64,000 bases of DNA from Marsupella aquatica (Eukaryota; Plantae; Marchantiophyta). Numbering within the stretch: position 1 is the stretch's first letter; each line of letters begins with the position of its first letter. The notes beneath the pieces were generated by a model. That model had not been told where the DNA came from. It worked only from the letters and a program-made list of their open reading frames with translations, and did no database searches. Positions 27,801 through 41,294 of the stretch are shown here, piece after piece. The stretch is from NCBI GenBank assembly GCA_973895155.1, contig OZ316897.1:18634457-18698456 (forward strand), written 5' to 3'. A program made the position numbers and the translations under genes.

Positions 27801-30800
27801 TGGTGATAGTGGAAGAGTGGAAGACCAGCCCAAGAAGGAATCCACTGACCACTCGTCACCTAATTCTCTTTCCAGTCCAAAAGAACAGGTTGTTGCTGAA
27901 AATGGTGGATTGAAGGGAAAGGATGGGCCCCAGCAACCTGCAAGCGTAGACGAGCAAGCTGAGCGGTTTTACAATTCCCTCTCAGATTTCAACTCTTTCA
28001 TTCTGGAGCACTTGCTTGTGCATTTTTCTATGGAGAAGGTTAACGATCAACATAAGGTGTGGAAGTGGACCAATGCTTGGCAGGGCCAGTGCTTTGTAGG
28101 TGGATTCGATTTCGCCATCACCACCTCTGAAATTGAGTTGCTTGAATCTCTGGTGGCTCCTCTGTCCAGCATTGGAGGGTCGGGGTCTTCTAAATCCACT
28201 GGAGGGGAAGGTGCAGGCTTTGAAGTAACCCAAGAAGTCACTGATGAAACTAACTTTGAGATTCCGGATGGAGCTATAATTGCGATCAAGGATATTTACG
28301 AACACTGCTATCTGGCTGTCGAAGAGATATCCACCAACAAGGGACGCTATCGCTTGGTAGGGGTTCTGCATTACACTTTGGCTGGAGACAAGGCACTCTT
28401 TAAGGTGAAGTATCAGGATCCTCTCAGGAAAAACTCCGACGAGGATGCTTGGTTCTGGCTCTTGTCCGTTCATGCCAAGGGTGCTGATGGGGAGCCTTTC
28501 CGTGTGCACTGCCGCTCCGGGTCTGGTTTGGCTGATATTTCGTCGACAAAGGATGGACCATGGGAGAAATGGAGGTTTCTACCAGCCAAATCGTCGACTG
28601 ACGAAAACAGTGAAGAAGTTGGCGCTCAAAACCCGACCAAGAAGCACTTGTTTCACCTGGTGAATTACAAAAACGGAAGTGGTATTGCTTTTGAGGAAAA
28701 TGTTCCGGTCATAGTAAAGCAACCTGGAAATCCCTTTAAAGTAAAGATTTTTGCCGAGGCCCCAAATCAGAGAGGTGAATCGGAGGAAGATCTTGCGCGA
28801 CCGGAAAAGGTTCAGCAAGAAGTAGTTGGGTTAGTCAACTCTATACCAAGCATTGTCTGCACATTTGACACTTTTATTTTCACAGTGCTGCATGAAGCTG
28901 GTGGTGGCTTACATTTATTGCCGCTGGTGAGGCTTCGAATACCTGGCGGTGAGGGAGTAATGCATATGGGTCTGTCTAAGACAAGGACAATTCTTCAGTG
29001 TGCCATAGTGCTGGAGCATTTTGAATCTCAGAGCAGCCGATGGGTTTCAATTATCAATCCTATTGAAACAGATCTCTTCTATCGGGCCAGAAGCACAAGA
29101 TCTGAGTTAGGAGCTGCGAATAATGACTTGAAGTGCCCAGTGGCCTTCTTCTCAAGATTCAGGAAGGTAGATGTTGTGCTGAGTGAACCCTCCTTGGATG
29201 CGCTCCTCTTCTTGATTGGAGCTTTGGATTTAGCCGGGCCCTTTTCCTTGAAGTCCTCACCAGTGCAAGCAAATCGTTGCTTCGTGAAGAATATGACTGG
29301 GGTAGATGCACTCTGTAGTTTCGATCAAGCTTCGTCCAAAGTTGGTGGGAGGATTCCATCCTGGCATTCCGATGCATTCTTGATGAGGCATATGACTTCA
29401 CGGAGAGATTCGGGACCAGCAAAAGTTGCTTCCTCAGCTGCACTGTATCTCCAAAAGTCAGGCAAGGGGACGACATCACCTGTGATTGTGAGTCTAGGGG
29501 ATCCTGGAGTGTTTGCAATTAAGACTCGCCTCCGGGCTGATGCAGGACAAAACACTACTGGACCCATGGTTGTGGTGGATATTTCCAGGCGAAATGAGCA
29601 AGGGATAGTTGTCTCCGTCTCACCCATGGTCCGCATTCGAAATTCAAGTGGTCTTCCGCTTGAGCTCAGATGTAGACGAGATTCCGCTGGAGAGGAAGGT
29701 GCTGTGGTGGTGCTGGAAGATGGAGATACAATTGATGACTCAATGGCAGCATTTGATGCATTGAACCTTGCCGGGGAACTAAGAAAAGCTCTCGCATCTC
29801 TAAATCTTGGGAACTACTACCTGTCTGTAAGACCTGCTCCCGATTCTTCAATTGAAGGATTTTCTGACATGAGTGGCAAGGATGTCAATTTCGACTGGTC
29901 TGAGGACATCAAGGGAGCAAAGCCTGTGAAATCATCAGGAGCGTTGGACAAGCTTCAGTACAATTTCAGTAACACTGTGAACGCTAACAACCTGAAATCG
30001 TCATTCGGTGTGGTATTTTGCTCGTCAAAACTGAAGTCTTCGAAGGAGTCTTCTGGCCCTGATGATGAGGGAGGCCTGCACTTCTTGGTGAGGACAACTC
30101 GTCGTCAGGTACCCGTCTCCAGACCAAAAAAGGGAACCGAAAATGACCAGCAGCATGGACAGTACTCCATTGTAGCTTGGCAACAACAGCAAGAGCTTCT
30201 TTTGCTCCCGACTGTTCGTTTAATGAATCTTACTACGGCAAACATCTCAGTCCTACTTGTGTCAACATCGGACCGTAGAAAGACAAAAAATCAGGGAGAT
30301 GCCTTTCGGAAAAATGTCCCCATCTCGAGTTTTGGTACAAAATCTATGTATGTGGATCTCGGAGACCTTCTTTTGACTGTGAAGCAGGAGGATCTCAACC
30401 TTATAAGCAGGCCAATTAGTGTGGGAGTGGGGAGTAAGGAATTCTCTAAAAATTCCAAGCTTGGTCGCATAAGAGATGTAGAGATGGAAGTGGATTTTGG
30501 AGATGGTATGCATTCTGCTCTTGCTGATGTAAGACGAGGAGCGGATGGTGTCTTGGAGATCCTCCTCTTGACCAGATACACTTTGCAGAATGATAGTCAT
30601 GCAAACCTGCTCTGCTGTTCAGGAAGGCATCGTTCATCTTGGTGGGGAGGGATGCGAAAGAATCAGGAGCCAGATTGGCCTAGTTCGGGCACTGTGCTCA
30701 CCATAGCACCCAAATCAAAACTGTCATGGTTTGAAAAATCCACCATCGTACTTTTCAAACGAACGGAACCATTAGCAGAAACAGCACTCCTCGATCTTGA

Positions 30801-33519
30801 ATCTGTTTCTGGGTCAATGGAAATTAGTCTACGAGTCCACTGCCCAGACCGTGTGGATAACAGAATTCAACTGGGTGTCCAGCTGAAGGTGCCATCTGCT
30901 GAGGACTCCAACCCCTCGTGTATTATTCTCCTGGTCCCAAGATACGTTGTTGCGAATGACTCAAGTGAGGCAATACTTGTTTGTCAAGATGGATTTCAGG
31001 ACACTAATGCAACGATAACATTGGCACCAGGAGAAAGGTCTGCCTTAAACGCTCAGGAAGTGCCTGGTCAACCCGACAAGAATGGATCAGGGGATGAGGA
31101 AGTGGGACCTGACATTCTTCTCAAAGTGCGTTTCCGTCCTAAGGAATCAGGGTGCAGTTGGTCTGGTCCAGTATGCGCGGCTGCTCTAGGCTCGTTTTCT
31201 GTAAAGATAAAGCGCTTACAACAAGACGAACCTGAGTTTTCATCTCAAAAGCCGCAAACAGAGGAGGTCTTATTTGCAGTGGTAGAGGTACAGGAGAAAG
31301 ATTCATCTTTGATTATGGCCTTCCGGCGACAACCTGGTGATAGGATTCCGTACCTCATTGAAAATGCTCTAAGATCAGCTGCAATCACTTACAACCAAGA
31401 GGGTTTGGAAAACTCCGAATTGCTGGAAACTGGGGCATCTGTGGGTTATGTTTGGGATGACCTTGACAAGCCTCACACTCTGATTGTGAGTCTTGCTGGC
31501 GCTGCTGTGCAAGATCTGATCAATCCAGACAAGCTGAGGAGCTGGAAGCGATTCAGGGCATCCAGAGGGACAACGGGTCTTCTTCAGATACCATTCCTGA
31601 ACGATTTGAGTCGTCTGGCATTGTATGGAGATAGAAATGACGATGATGATGCGCCCACCTCAAAGGGTAATCAGCCACGTATAGGGTATGAAGTTTATGC
31701 CGATGGCCCCACTCGAGTTGTACGTATTTGTGAGGAGAAAGATGCCAGAGTTGAGAGAAACTGGCAGTCTGATGTGTCCAGGCCCAAAATGGAGATTGAC
31801 ATGCGAATACCAATTTTTACTGTAACTATTGCTGAGCCTGGGAAAGGGCCAGAGGAGGCTGAAAAGGAGGAAGGGACCAGTTTTGATACTGTACCATACG
31901 TACCAGTAATTTGTTTAAGGTTGACAAATGTTTTAATTGAAGCAAGGGTCACACCAGAGTACACGTTCTTTCAATTGAAAGATGAGCGGCTGGACGTGGA
32001 TGTGAAGTGGAAGGGAGCTCCAGTAGCTGCAATGCTCAGGGGTCATAATCAAGACCGCTTCGGGACAGGCCACACGATACTTCACACGGCCATAGTTATC
32101 TCCAACCGTGCGAAGAACCCAATACAACTCAAATATGCCTCCGTTTTACTTCAGGCAATCGATGTCAATCTTGACGAGGAGACCTTAATGAAGCTTGTCC
32201 CCTTTTATAGGGTCTCCCTCTCTGAATCGACTGCTCCAAGTCGACAAATATACTTCGAGCGTTTTGAGATTCATCCAATCAAGATTGTTGGGAGCTTTCT
32301 TCCCGGAAGTCCACGTGCGGACTATTCCTCAGGACAGGAAACCCTCCGAGCTCTCTTGCACTCAGTCATCAAGGTCCCAACCGTGCGTGGGGCCACTGTG
32401 GAACTCAATGGGGTGCTTCTCTCAAATGCTCTGCTTACCTTTAAGCAACTGGCCCTCAAGTGTGCTCAGCATTACTCTTGGTACTCGATGCGGGCTATAT
32501 ATATTGCCAGAGGGAGTAAGCTGCTACCTCCGGGATTTGCATCACTCTTTGATGACTCTGCAGCATCATCCTTGGATGTGTTTTTTGATCCGTCAAGTGG
32601 GTCTGTGGATCTGCAAGGTTTGACATTGGGTATGTTCGGGATGCTCAAGAGAGGATTGCGCAAGAAAGGGAAAGGAGGAGGCACTCAGCGTTATTTGGGG
32701 GATCTCCAACATAGCGTGAAGGCAGCAGGGTCCAATATTCTCTTTGCAGCAGTGACGGAGGTGTCAGACAGCGTGGTGAAGGGTGCAGATGCGAATGGAT
32801 TCGATGGTGTGTTGAGTGGCTTCCGGCGTGGCATATTGAATGTTGCAATGAGGCCATCTGTGCTGAGAGGTGCAGTGGTCCAAGGTGGTGCCATCAGAAG
32901 AATCAAGTTGGACCGGATTGTGGGGGCTAATGAGGCATACATTGAGGGCTATTTGCAGGCAACGTTGGATGCCTTGTTCAAGCAAAGTTATGTCAGGGTG
33001 AAGGTAATAGATGACCTGGTCCTTCTAAAAAATCTCCCTCCAAACACCACCTTGATGGAGGAAATGGTACAATGTGTAAGGGACTTCTTGATAGGAGAGG
33101 GGCTTCTTGCAGGAGAGTCTTCACCAGCTGCTCTCAGTGCACTCAGACGGCTTCAAGGAGAAGATAGACGACTGGGGGCTACATTGGTTGCCGTCTGTGA
33201 ACAATTGCTTGTCATAATAGTGGTGCGTTCCCTGCGTCGTCAAACAATAACAGTGCTTCGCAAAAAGAACATCACCTTCATTGGAGGGACCCAGCCAGAG
33301 ATTTATGACTCCGCCCAAACTGACAAGGACAAGGCAAAGGAAGAGCACAAGGAACAGCCACGTCAAGGGTTTTTTGAAGGAATCAACGTGAAGAATGCGC
33401 TGCTTAGCTTTGCCTTTTCGAGTGCACTGGCATATGTAGATGGCAGAATCTGTCGGCACATACCAAATCCTTTGGTTCGCCGTGTAGTTAGTGGATTTTT
33501 ACTCAGCTTTGTTGAGTGA
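21821..33519 (+). CDS. VPS13X: VPS13-family bridge-like lipid transfer protein, plant VPS13X-type (~3585 aa); exons 21821-22110, 22446-22533, 23140-33519
   Basis: N-terminal LRPWL, LDPQ|G; W......A region and Y..LY typical of VPS13; VAB/SHR-BD-like repeats (PRYVVAN, WSGP, PYLIEN, YVWDD...P, DGPTRVVRI); C-terminal IYFERFEIHPIKI and ...YVDGRICRHIPNPLVRRVVSGFLLSF, which I recall as characteristic of Arabidopsis At3g50380-like proteins. Splice phases (2, 0) are consistent. Confidence 0.85.
22205..22382. repeat. ~95-bp diverged tandem duplication in VPS13X intron 1
   Basis: actcac(ac)aaccttg.aat.aacgtctctctg...gcattgataga occurs twice (~22205 and ~22300). Confidence 0.65.
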
Positions 33520-34904
33520 ACTGTAAATCTTTCAGTCCTCGTTTTGGGGGTTCCACTCTTTTCAATTGTACACTACTCAATTGTATACTACAGGAAATTT
33601 TCTCAACGTCTTCCCCAATCGATTGTTTGCAATTCTATCTGTGCGTGCACGGTTTAAACAATTTGTTGCCAATGGGAAATCGCCAGCAATTAGTATTTCC
33701 ACATATGGACTAAACTACCAAGCCTTCTCTTGAAAATGATAGACTAAACATGAATGAAATTATACATTCTGCCATCCAATGGTTGATACAGTTGGCAGAA
33801 CCTTCTGGACTTGCACTGTCAAATTCCTGATTCAGTAGAGTTTGTATATTAAGAATGGGGTGGAATGAAGGATGATGTGATTCAGTATAACAGTAGAGTA
33901 CCTGTTAAAGAATGGGGTTGAAATTGAAGGATGAAGACTGTTGTTAAGCCCAAAAGACGAGTAACAGTACATTCTCAAATGGACACAGATTGACCCACGA
34001 AACTCTGGTTGAGGTCATGGAGCAAGGCTGTGAACTCAAAGTCATCTCGTTCTGCTCCAAGGAACCCCCAGCGATATGGAGCAACGCATTCCGAAGTCCT
34101 TATGGCAGTTTCAGCCCATACTCGAATCATGAGTAGTTCAAGTGAGAAATCACCCTCAACTCACCCTAATTTGGCCTCATGAGGGACATATAACTGGTTG
34201 CGTCCAAAGCCCTTTGTCTTCCTTTGACAACTGGCCTTTGTGCCCTGACCATTCATTGGCTTGGAGTCCTCTGATGTTAGGCATGACTTGGGCTGCAACC
34301 TCGTGTTGATCTTGAGTCCAAAGTGCAGCCCCAAGAGGATTTGCTTGATGGACCCCAAAATGAATTGTGATACTTACTAGGACCTCTGAAGGTTCTGGTA
34401 CATTGATATAAGGTCAATCAATGGTGTCAATCAATGGTCTGGATCACTCAGGGGTCCTATTAAATGACACGTTTCATTTTGGGGTCCTATCAAGGAAATC
34501 CCTAGCAGCCCCAAGCTTGGCTTCAACTTCCACTTCCACTAGCATAGCGGCCTCAGCTTTGACCCAAGGTGTGGGCTCGGCTGGGTCCAACGGATCAAGT
34601 ACTAAACCCTTTCTCGATTAAGAGATATCACAATCTCATTACCGTCACAAACTTAGCCGTTTAAAATTGATTTCTTTGATTATGTCGCCATCCCTTGTCC
34701 ACAATGCTTGCTTCCCGGCTTGAATTGTTCGCATTCCTCTAGTCTTCAACTAAAGCTAGCTCACTCTGAACACAGGTTGACGCCAAATGCAGCCTCTATG
34801 TCAAAGAAACAATTGTTGGTCTCCCTCTCACACCATAGCTTTCTTAAATTAAAAAAACTACAAATCCTTCATGTGAAGCGATGACTTGTTTGTTTTGTGT
34901 GTTC

Positions 34905-35320
34905 TTCATGAATCAAATGTACATTTCTTCTCAATGCTGCGAATCTTTGGGCAGGCTGAAATATACATAGAATTGGGCATTTGTTTTTTGGCACTTTAAA
35001 AATTATACGAAGCATGAATAATGTACATTTTTCACAATTCTGTGTATCTTCGGGCACTTTGAAATATACGAAGAATGGGGCACTTCTTTTTTGGCACTTA
35101 AAAAATATACGAAGCATGTATAATGTACATTTCTTCACAATGCTGTGAATCTTTGGGCAGTTAGAAATATAGGAAGAATTGGGCACTTATTTTTTGGCAC
35201 TTTAAAAACCATAGGAAGCATGAATGAAATGTACATATCTTGTCAATGCTGCATTTCTTTGGGCAGCTTCAAATGTACGAAGCATGAATCAACTGTACAA
35301 TTCTTCTCAGTGCTGCGAAT
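34905..35320. repeat. ~103-bp tandem repeat x~3.5 immediately upstream of ALDH10
   Basis: aatgtacattt...aatgctg.gaatctttgggca...gaattgggcac.t.ttttttggcacttta aaaa..atacgaagcatg recurs at ~34917, 35021, 35122 and 35228. Confidence 0.85.
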
Positions 35321-35595
35321 AGTTCTGATCGATTCGAACGCAAGAGTACAGTAGTAGACTCCTGTTCTGTCTCGAGACTCGAGAACCTATACATCACTCT
35401 GTAGCTTTGCCAGATCGCAGAATTGTTGACACAATTAAATCCAGTCCGATCCGATTCGAGAATTGGGTATTTGGGTTCGGTAACTCGTTCCGTCTCGGCT
35501 TGATCGACCGGGATTCAAGGATTTCGATTTGGGTATTGCATGTTTGTTCCTTGAGGTTTTGATCGACCAGATCGAGAGACCATCGATAGATCGAG

Positions 35596-38500
35596 ATGGT
35601 GGTAGCGATGGCAGTCTCATCGGCTCCGACGATACCCTCTCGGCAGCTCTTCATAGGAGGTGACTGGGTCGCGCCCGTGAAAGGCCAGCGGATCCCCGTC
35701 GTCAACCCAGCTACGGAGGAGCCAGTAGGTATCTATCGATTGATCTATCTTTCTTCGTCCGTCCTCGGCTCGCTTGCCTCCATCCTCTGTTTCGAAGCTT
35801 TGAGTGGAACGATGTGAAGAACTGGCACGACAGCATCGGAAAGCTGCTTCGAAATGACGCTGACGCCAGTGGAGCATTACATGAATGAACGCATTTTGAG
35901 CAGAATGGTTTCAGAGGTCATACAGAGTCCCCTGTTCCGACTTGCTGTAATTCCTGCGATACCGTCGATTTAGGTGCATGCACTTTCTTCATTCGCAAAT
36001 TAATCTGGTCAGGTGGCCGTAGCTTTATCGAGCTCAATTCTAATCGTCGGTGTTATCGTCAGGTGAAGTACCCTCTGCAACAGCTGAGGATGTGGAGGCT
36101 GCAGTTAAGTCTGCCCGTGAGGCCCTGTCACGAGACAAGGGCAAGGCTTGGTCTCGGGCTTCTGGCAAGCTCCGAGCTCAGTATCTACGAGCTATTGCCG
36201 CGAAGGTCAGTCCTCATGTCTCTTGGTGCAAACTCACAGATCCAAACAGGCAACGTGAAGAGGTTTGCCTCAACAAATGGGAACAGAGATTTGCACTACC
36301 TGCTTGTTGGGGATTTGTTCCTCTACTTTTGAGTTTCAACCGAATTAGTTGACAGTTGCAATGGGAAATGTGTGAATCGCAAGACCACATCATACTGCAG
36401 AATTAGTCAACTCCTGAAATATATTCAACTCATTGAGTAGACAGGGGTTTGTCCTTCTTTGTCTTCCATTTTGGTGCGTACAATCTCTAAAATTTAAACT
36501 GAAGGTCATAATTGGTACCTCCTTTGAAGCTATTTGGCGAATCGGATACTGTATAGGTGCTTGAACGGAAGAAAGAGCTGGCACAGCTGGAGTCCGTGGA
36601 CTGTGGCAAGCCAATTGACGAAGCAGAATGGGACATGGTGAGCACTTAACTTGCTTAACTATCATTGGGTTAGAATCCGGTTGCTCTCTTTGCCACTGAC
36701 CTCCATGAGCGTTGTGAGTTCAATTATTCCACCGACTGCATGCTAATGCCAGCAAGGCTCTTACTGCCAATTCCAATACTCGGCAATGGATCTCACAATG
36801 GAAGACTTTGCGACCTTTTGTGTAATTTCTTGGTCAGAATGCCGTCCATACCAAACTTGTCATTTGACATAGTGAGGCTAATGTATAATTCAATGCTATA
36901 ATTGATTCAATGTCAGTCGTGTTCTAACAAATGGATGTGGGTTTGAAGGACGATGTTGCAGGTTGTTTTGAGTACTATGCAGGCCTAGCAGAGGGGTTCG
37001 ATGCGAAACAACTCACTTCTGTGGAACTTCCCATGGAACAGTTCAAGTGCAATGTCCTGAAGGAGCCGATTGGAGTTGTGGGTCTTATCACCCCATGGTA
37101 AGTTAAAACTGGTCATCGCTGTAAGTTTCAAGAGTAGTTTTCCTTTTCCATCCTATTCCTTCCTGGTCCGTGTGGTCTTTGTTGTTTGGAAGCCCCAGCA
37201 AGATTGTGTGTGGCCAGGATAAAGATTCATCTGCGCTTGTCGAAGGATCTCAATTACAGTATTGGGGAGAACTTGTATAACCGATGGTGTTTAATTGCAG
37301 GAACTATCCACTGTTAATGGCAACTTGGAAAGTTGCACCGGCTCTTGCTGCAGGTTGCACAGCTATTTTGAAGCCCTCTGAGATGGCCTCAGTGTACGTT
37401 TCTTGACCCACTTGGAACAAATGGATGTTTCAAGACAGGCAGGAAAGAATCTCATTCTTGGGACTACAGAGTTGGAATAGTCACTTTCTTCTTTTATGTT
37501 GATTGATATCGTTGGTCAGTTCTGTCTGAGACTGAATTGTACTATTCAATCTTTTGAAACTGCTGTCCAGTACATGTTTGGAGCTTGGAGCAATTGCGAA
37601 GGAAGTTGGACTTCCTCCAGGTGTTCTCAATATTCTCACTGGGCTCGGAGGTACAGCAGGGGCACCACTTGCGTCGCATCCAGGGGTTGACAAGGTGAGG
37701 AATATGTTGTTCAATTTAGTTTATTGTTGACGACAATGGATCCTAAGTTTACTCATTGTGCGTATAATGTCCGAAATTACACGAAGACACTGTTTGGCCC
37801 ATGAATTTGGAGGACGGTTTGTCGTCTGGATGATCCATATAATTTCTCTTTCGTGCCTCGTCTATATCTTAATGTCCAAACTGCAGGTTGCTTTCACAGG
37901 AAGTACGAATACCGGTAGAGCAGTCATGAAATCTGCAGCAGAGATTATCAAGGTGAAATAGAACTCTTTTTCTCGTTTGTCTTCTCTTTACCACATGTTT
38001 ATGTTCGGCATTTTTCTTTTGTGGACTTTTCGTCTACATGGGAGATAGATGCACTGTAGTGATCATGTTCTGACGAAAGAACGTAGCCTTCTCTTTGACT
38101 TGAAGCGTTTGACGGCTCCAGGCGCAATGAGCCCGATCTTTTGCAATGTAAAGGACCATTCATCGTCAAGTCATTCTTCACCTTGGTTTGGTTGCTGTGT
38201 CCGTTCTAGTCTAGCATCTTGGTCGTGAATTACGAACTAATGATTCTCACATTGATTGTTGGTTGCAGCCTGTGACGTTGGAGCTTGGTGGAAAAAGTCC
38301 GATCATTGTATTTGAGGATGCGGACATTGACAAAGGTATCCTCTAAATTATCAATTCAGCTGAAACAGGAAGCCTTATTAAAATAGGCTTTCCATATGGT
38401 TTCGTGATAATTGTGTCGGTGTCAACCTCGCCAAGGATCTAGCACGCGTGGTGAAAGTCTCTCGCCGAGGATTCTGCAATCTTTGCTGCTCACTGGCAAG

Positions 38501-40522
38501 AATTTTCATTGCGTATGTGTACAATTTTAAATATTAAAGTTGATAAAATGCGGAAATGATCCTCGAGGATTGACATAGCTGACATGACGGGCTCTGTATA
38601 AATGTAGCTGTGGAGTGGGCCATGTTTGGGGCTTTTTGGACAAATGGCCAAATATGCAGTGCCACCTCCCGCTTGTTGATACAGGTAATCACATTCAAAG
38701 AGCGCAGAAATTGAGCTTCCAAAGCATTCCTTCTATATAGTATTTTATACGTTATAGCTAATGTAGTTGATCTTTGGCTGTTGTAAGTAAAACTGATAAG
38801 GTGGTCCTTAAAAATCTTCTTACTGGAGTTAGTTCCGTTTTCCCCTCGGCATCTCAAAGCTGGACGGACGTTGAAATCCTGCGTCTGGACACAACGCTTG
38901 TGCAGGACAGCATTGCTCCTGAATTCTTGAAGAAGTTGGGTATATGGGCATCAAGTATAAAAATTTCGAACCCCCTCGAAAAGGACTGCCGACTAGGACC
39001 TGTTGTTAGTGCCAGTCAGGTACTTGAGATCCTTTTCACAGATTCTCTTCATGCTCTTGTTACCCTTCTTAAACTAGCAGGCGTCTTGTTTGGAGACATC
39101 CTGTTTCAAGGAATAGTCATTTTATTGCCATGATTTTTTATGACTATAAAGCCATTTTGGCGATGTTATTTTATCTTGTAACTTTCATTTAGGCTTGCCA
39201 AATATAATATGACTAAAACCTCTTCATCTCTTAAGTGAAAGAGGCATTGACTGGCAGGACTAGCATATAGGTTCTTATATTACTTGTTTCTGTTATGATT
39301 TGTAGTACAAGAAAGTACTTGGCTACATCAAAACAGCTCAGGAGGAAGGTGCAACTCTCGTGTGTGGTGGAAAACGACCACAGGTCCGGAACCCTCTACA
39401 TCTGCAAATCTTTTCTCATTTGCTATTTCGCTTCTCGTTCACATTTCTGCGGTCCTAGCTGTACTTTCGAGCGACTTTGAAGTGCGTTCTGGTTGTGACA
39501 TGTTTGGGCGTGGTTTTGACTCCATAGCACCTGGATAAGGGATACTATTTGGAGGCAACTGTGCTTTCAAACGTTACTCCAGCAATGCAAATTTGGAGAG
39601 AAGAGGTATTTGGGCCAGTCTTGGCAGTGACGACGTTCAAGACAGAGGAGGAAGCCATTGAGCTTGCAAATGATACAGAGTATGCTGTCACAACTCCTGC
39701 TCTGTCGCATACCGTGAGCCTTGATTGATTGATAATCGTGTTTCGGTTTGTGAGGGAACTTTCGAAGTTCATTGACAGATGTCTGGTTTTGTTCAGATAT
39801 GGTCTTGGCGGTGCTGTTATTTCAAAAGATGACGATCGCTGCCAGCGTGTATCTGAGGTACCACTTTATTCTCTCCTGTCCTGTACAAATTGAAACTTAT
39901 GCTTGTAGCGGGTAAATGGGATTGCTACATGGGCTTTACAGTCAGCTCAGAACCTTACTTAAAACTGTTGTATGGATTACGCAGCAACTGCAAGCTGGGA
40001 TCATATGGATCAACTGTTCTCAACCCTGTTTCTGTCAAGCTCCTTGGGGCGGCAACAAAAGAAGTGGGTTTGGCCGGGAATTGGGAGAATGGTAAGCATG
40101 CGCTTGCATTGCAACTATGGATCTTATTGCAAAATTGAAGGGGTAACAGAGAATTGAGGCTTGAAGTGTGTGGAAATGCAATCCATATCAGTATGCTATC
40201 ATTCCGTTGGTCAGTTGCTTGCTTCATCACGACGAAGATTGAAAGCAATCTTCTATATTGAAATGTCGGCCTAGTTTCTCAATTTTCAACTCAAATTGCC
40301 GCAATCTTTCATTGTTCAAACATCTGTTTGTCGCACTCCAAAGTAGGCATTGTTCCACGATTCCAAACTCCACATTCATTTAGAGAATATTTAATTACCC
40401 TTCGTCATTGGTGGTGTTGCATGGCTGGCAGGGGTTTGGACAACTATATAACAACGAAGCAAATCACTCGCTACGTTTCAAGTGATCAATGGGGATGGTA
40501 CCCTAAACCTTCCAAGTTGTGA
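35596..40522 (+). CDS. ALDH10: Aldehyde dehydrogenase family 10 (aminoaldehyde/betaine aldehyde dehydrogenase), multi-exon, peroxisomal
   Basis: [31 protein letters not shown]|[41 protein letters not shown], catalytic [44 protein letters not shown]-terminus [10 protein letters not shown] (PTS1). Confidence 0.96.
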
Positions 40523-40781
40523 GGTTTTAGATTTCAGCACAATAAAATTAACCAGAGAAATGGGTTATAACTCTGTCCAGCTGTTAGAAAGTTGTTTGTC
40601 TGATGTATATACATACAATTTCAGAAATAACAGTTGACCCACAGATTGACGTCTTTTGCATTCCCCAAGTATTCACCCGTGGTAGATTTGTGAAGTTAAA
40701 CGTATGATATGGAGAAAACTGCGTTGATATTTCACCAAGACTGCTTCAGTGAGAGAACTTCCAATTTATTTCGCTTAGTAT

Positions 40782-40885
40782 TCTTCACTGGAGGCTGGAC
40801 CTTCTTCTGCATATATTTTACTTGACTAAGAATGCTTCACTGGAGGCTGGACCGTGGTCAGCATGTATTTTACTTGACTAAGAAT
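40782..40885. repeat. ~52-bp direct duplication between the convergent 3' ends of ALDH10 and GlnRS
   Basis: cttcactggaggctggacc...gcat.tattttacttgactaagaat occurs twice. Confidence 0.75.
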
Positions 40886-41294
40886 ACCTTTAAATAGGAA
40901 AGGAGGAACCTTCGCACGCTGTCAGGGTCGTTCATATGCATCACTGATTGATCTGACCAGCCTGATTATCTGTTCCTTGACCGCAAAATAGAGGTGACGG
41001 CAAAATCACGTATCTTCCCAGTAAAAATTTCATCAAAATGAACTGGTCAGGCAAACTACATGCACGTTGATTATCCAAACCTCTCATAAAACGAAAGGAA
41101 GGTCGCTGTCCGCAAACCATAGCCAAACACTAGTTGACACTAGCCCTTCAGGAGGCGGACAGTAGACAGTAAATTCAATTTCCTGCATTCCACTGATCAT
41201 CCTATGCAGTCGGACAGAACTCTTCACTAGATAAATACAGATTTTCTCATAACATTTGTACTAAAGATTAGGAGAACATTCACTACAGATAGTA

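Noticed and set aside
23061-33459. Many antisense and alternate-frame ORFs within VPS13X
   Set aside because: No motifs; expected by chance opposite a long coding exon.
34030-34850. Possible decayed retroelement remnant on the minus strand
   Set aside because: Only a weak resemblance to a LINE C-terminal motif, interrupted by stops; not supportable without a search.
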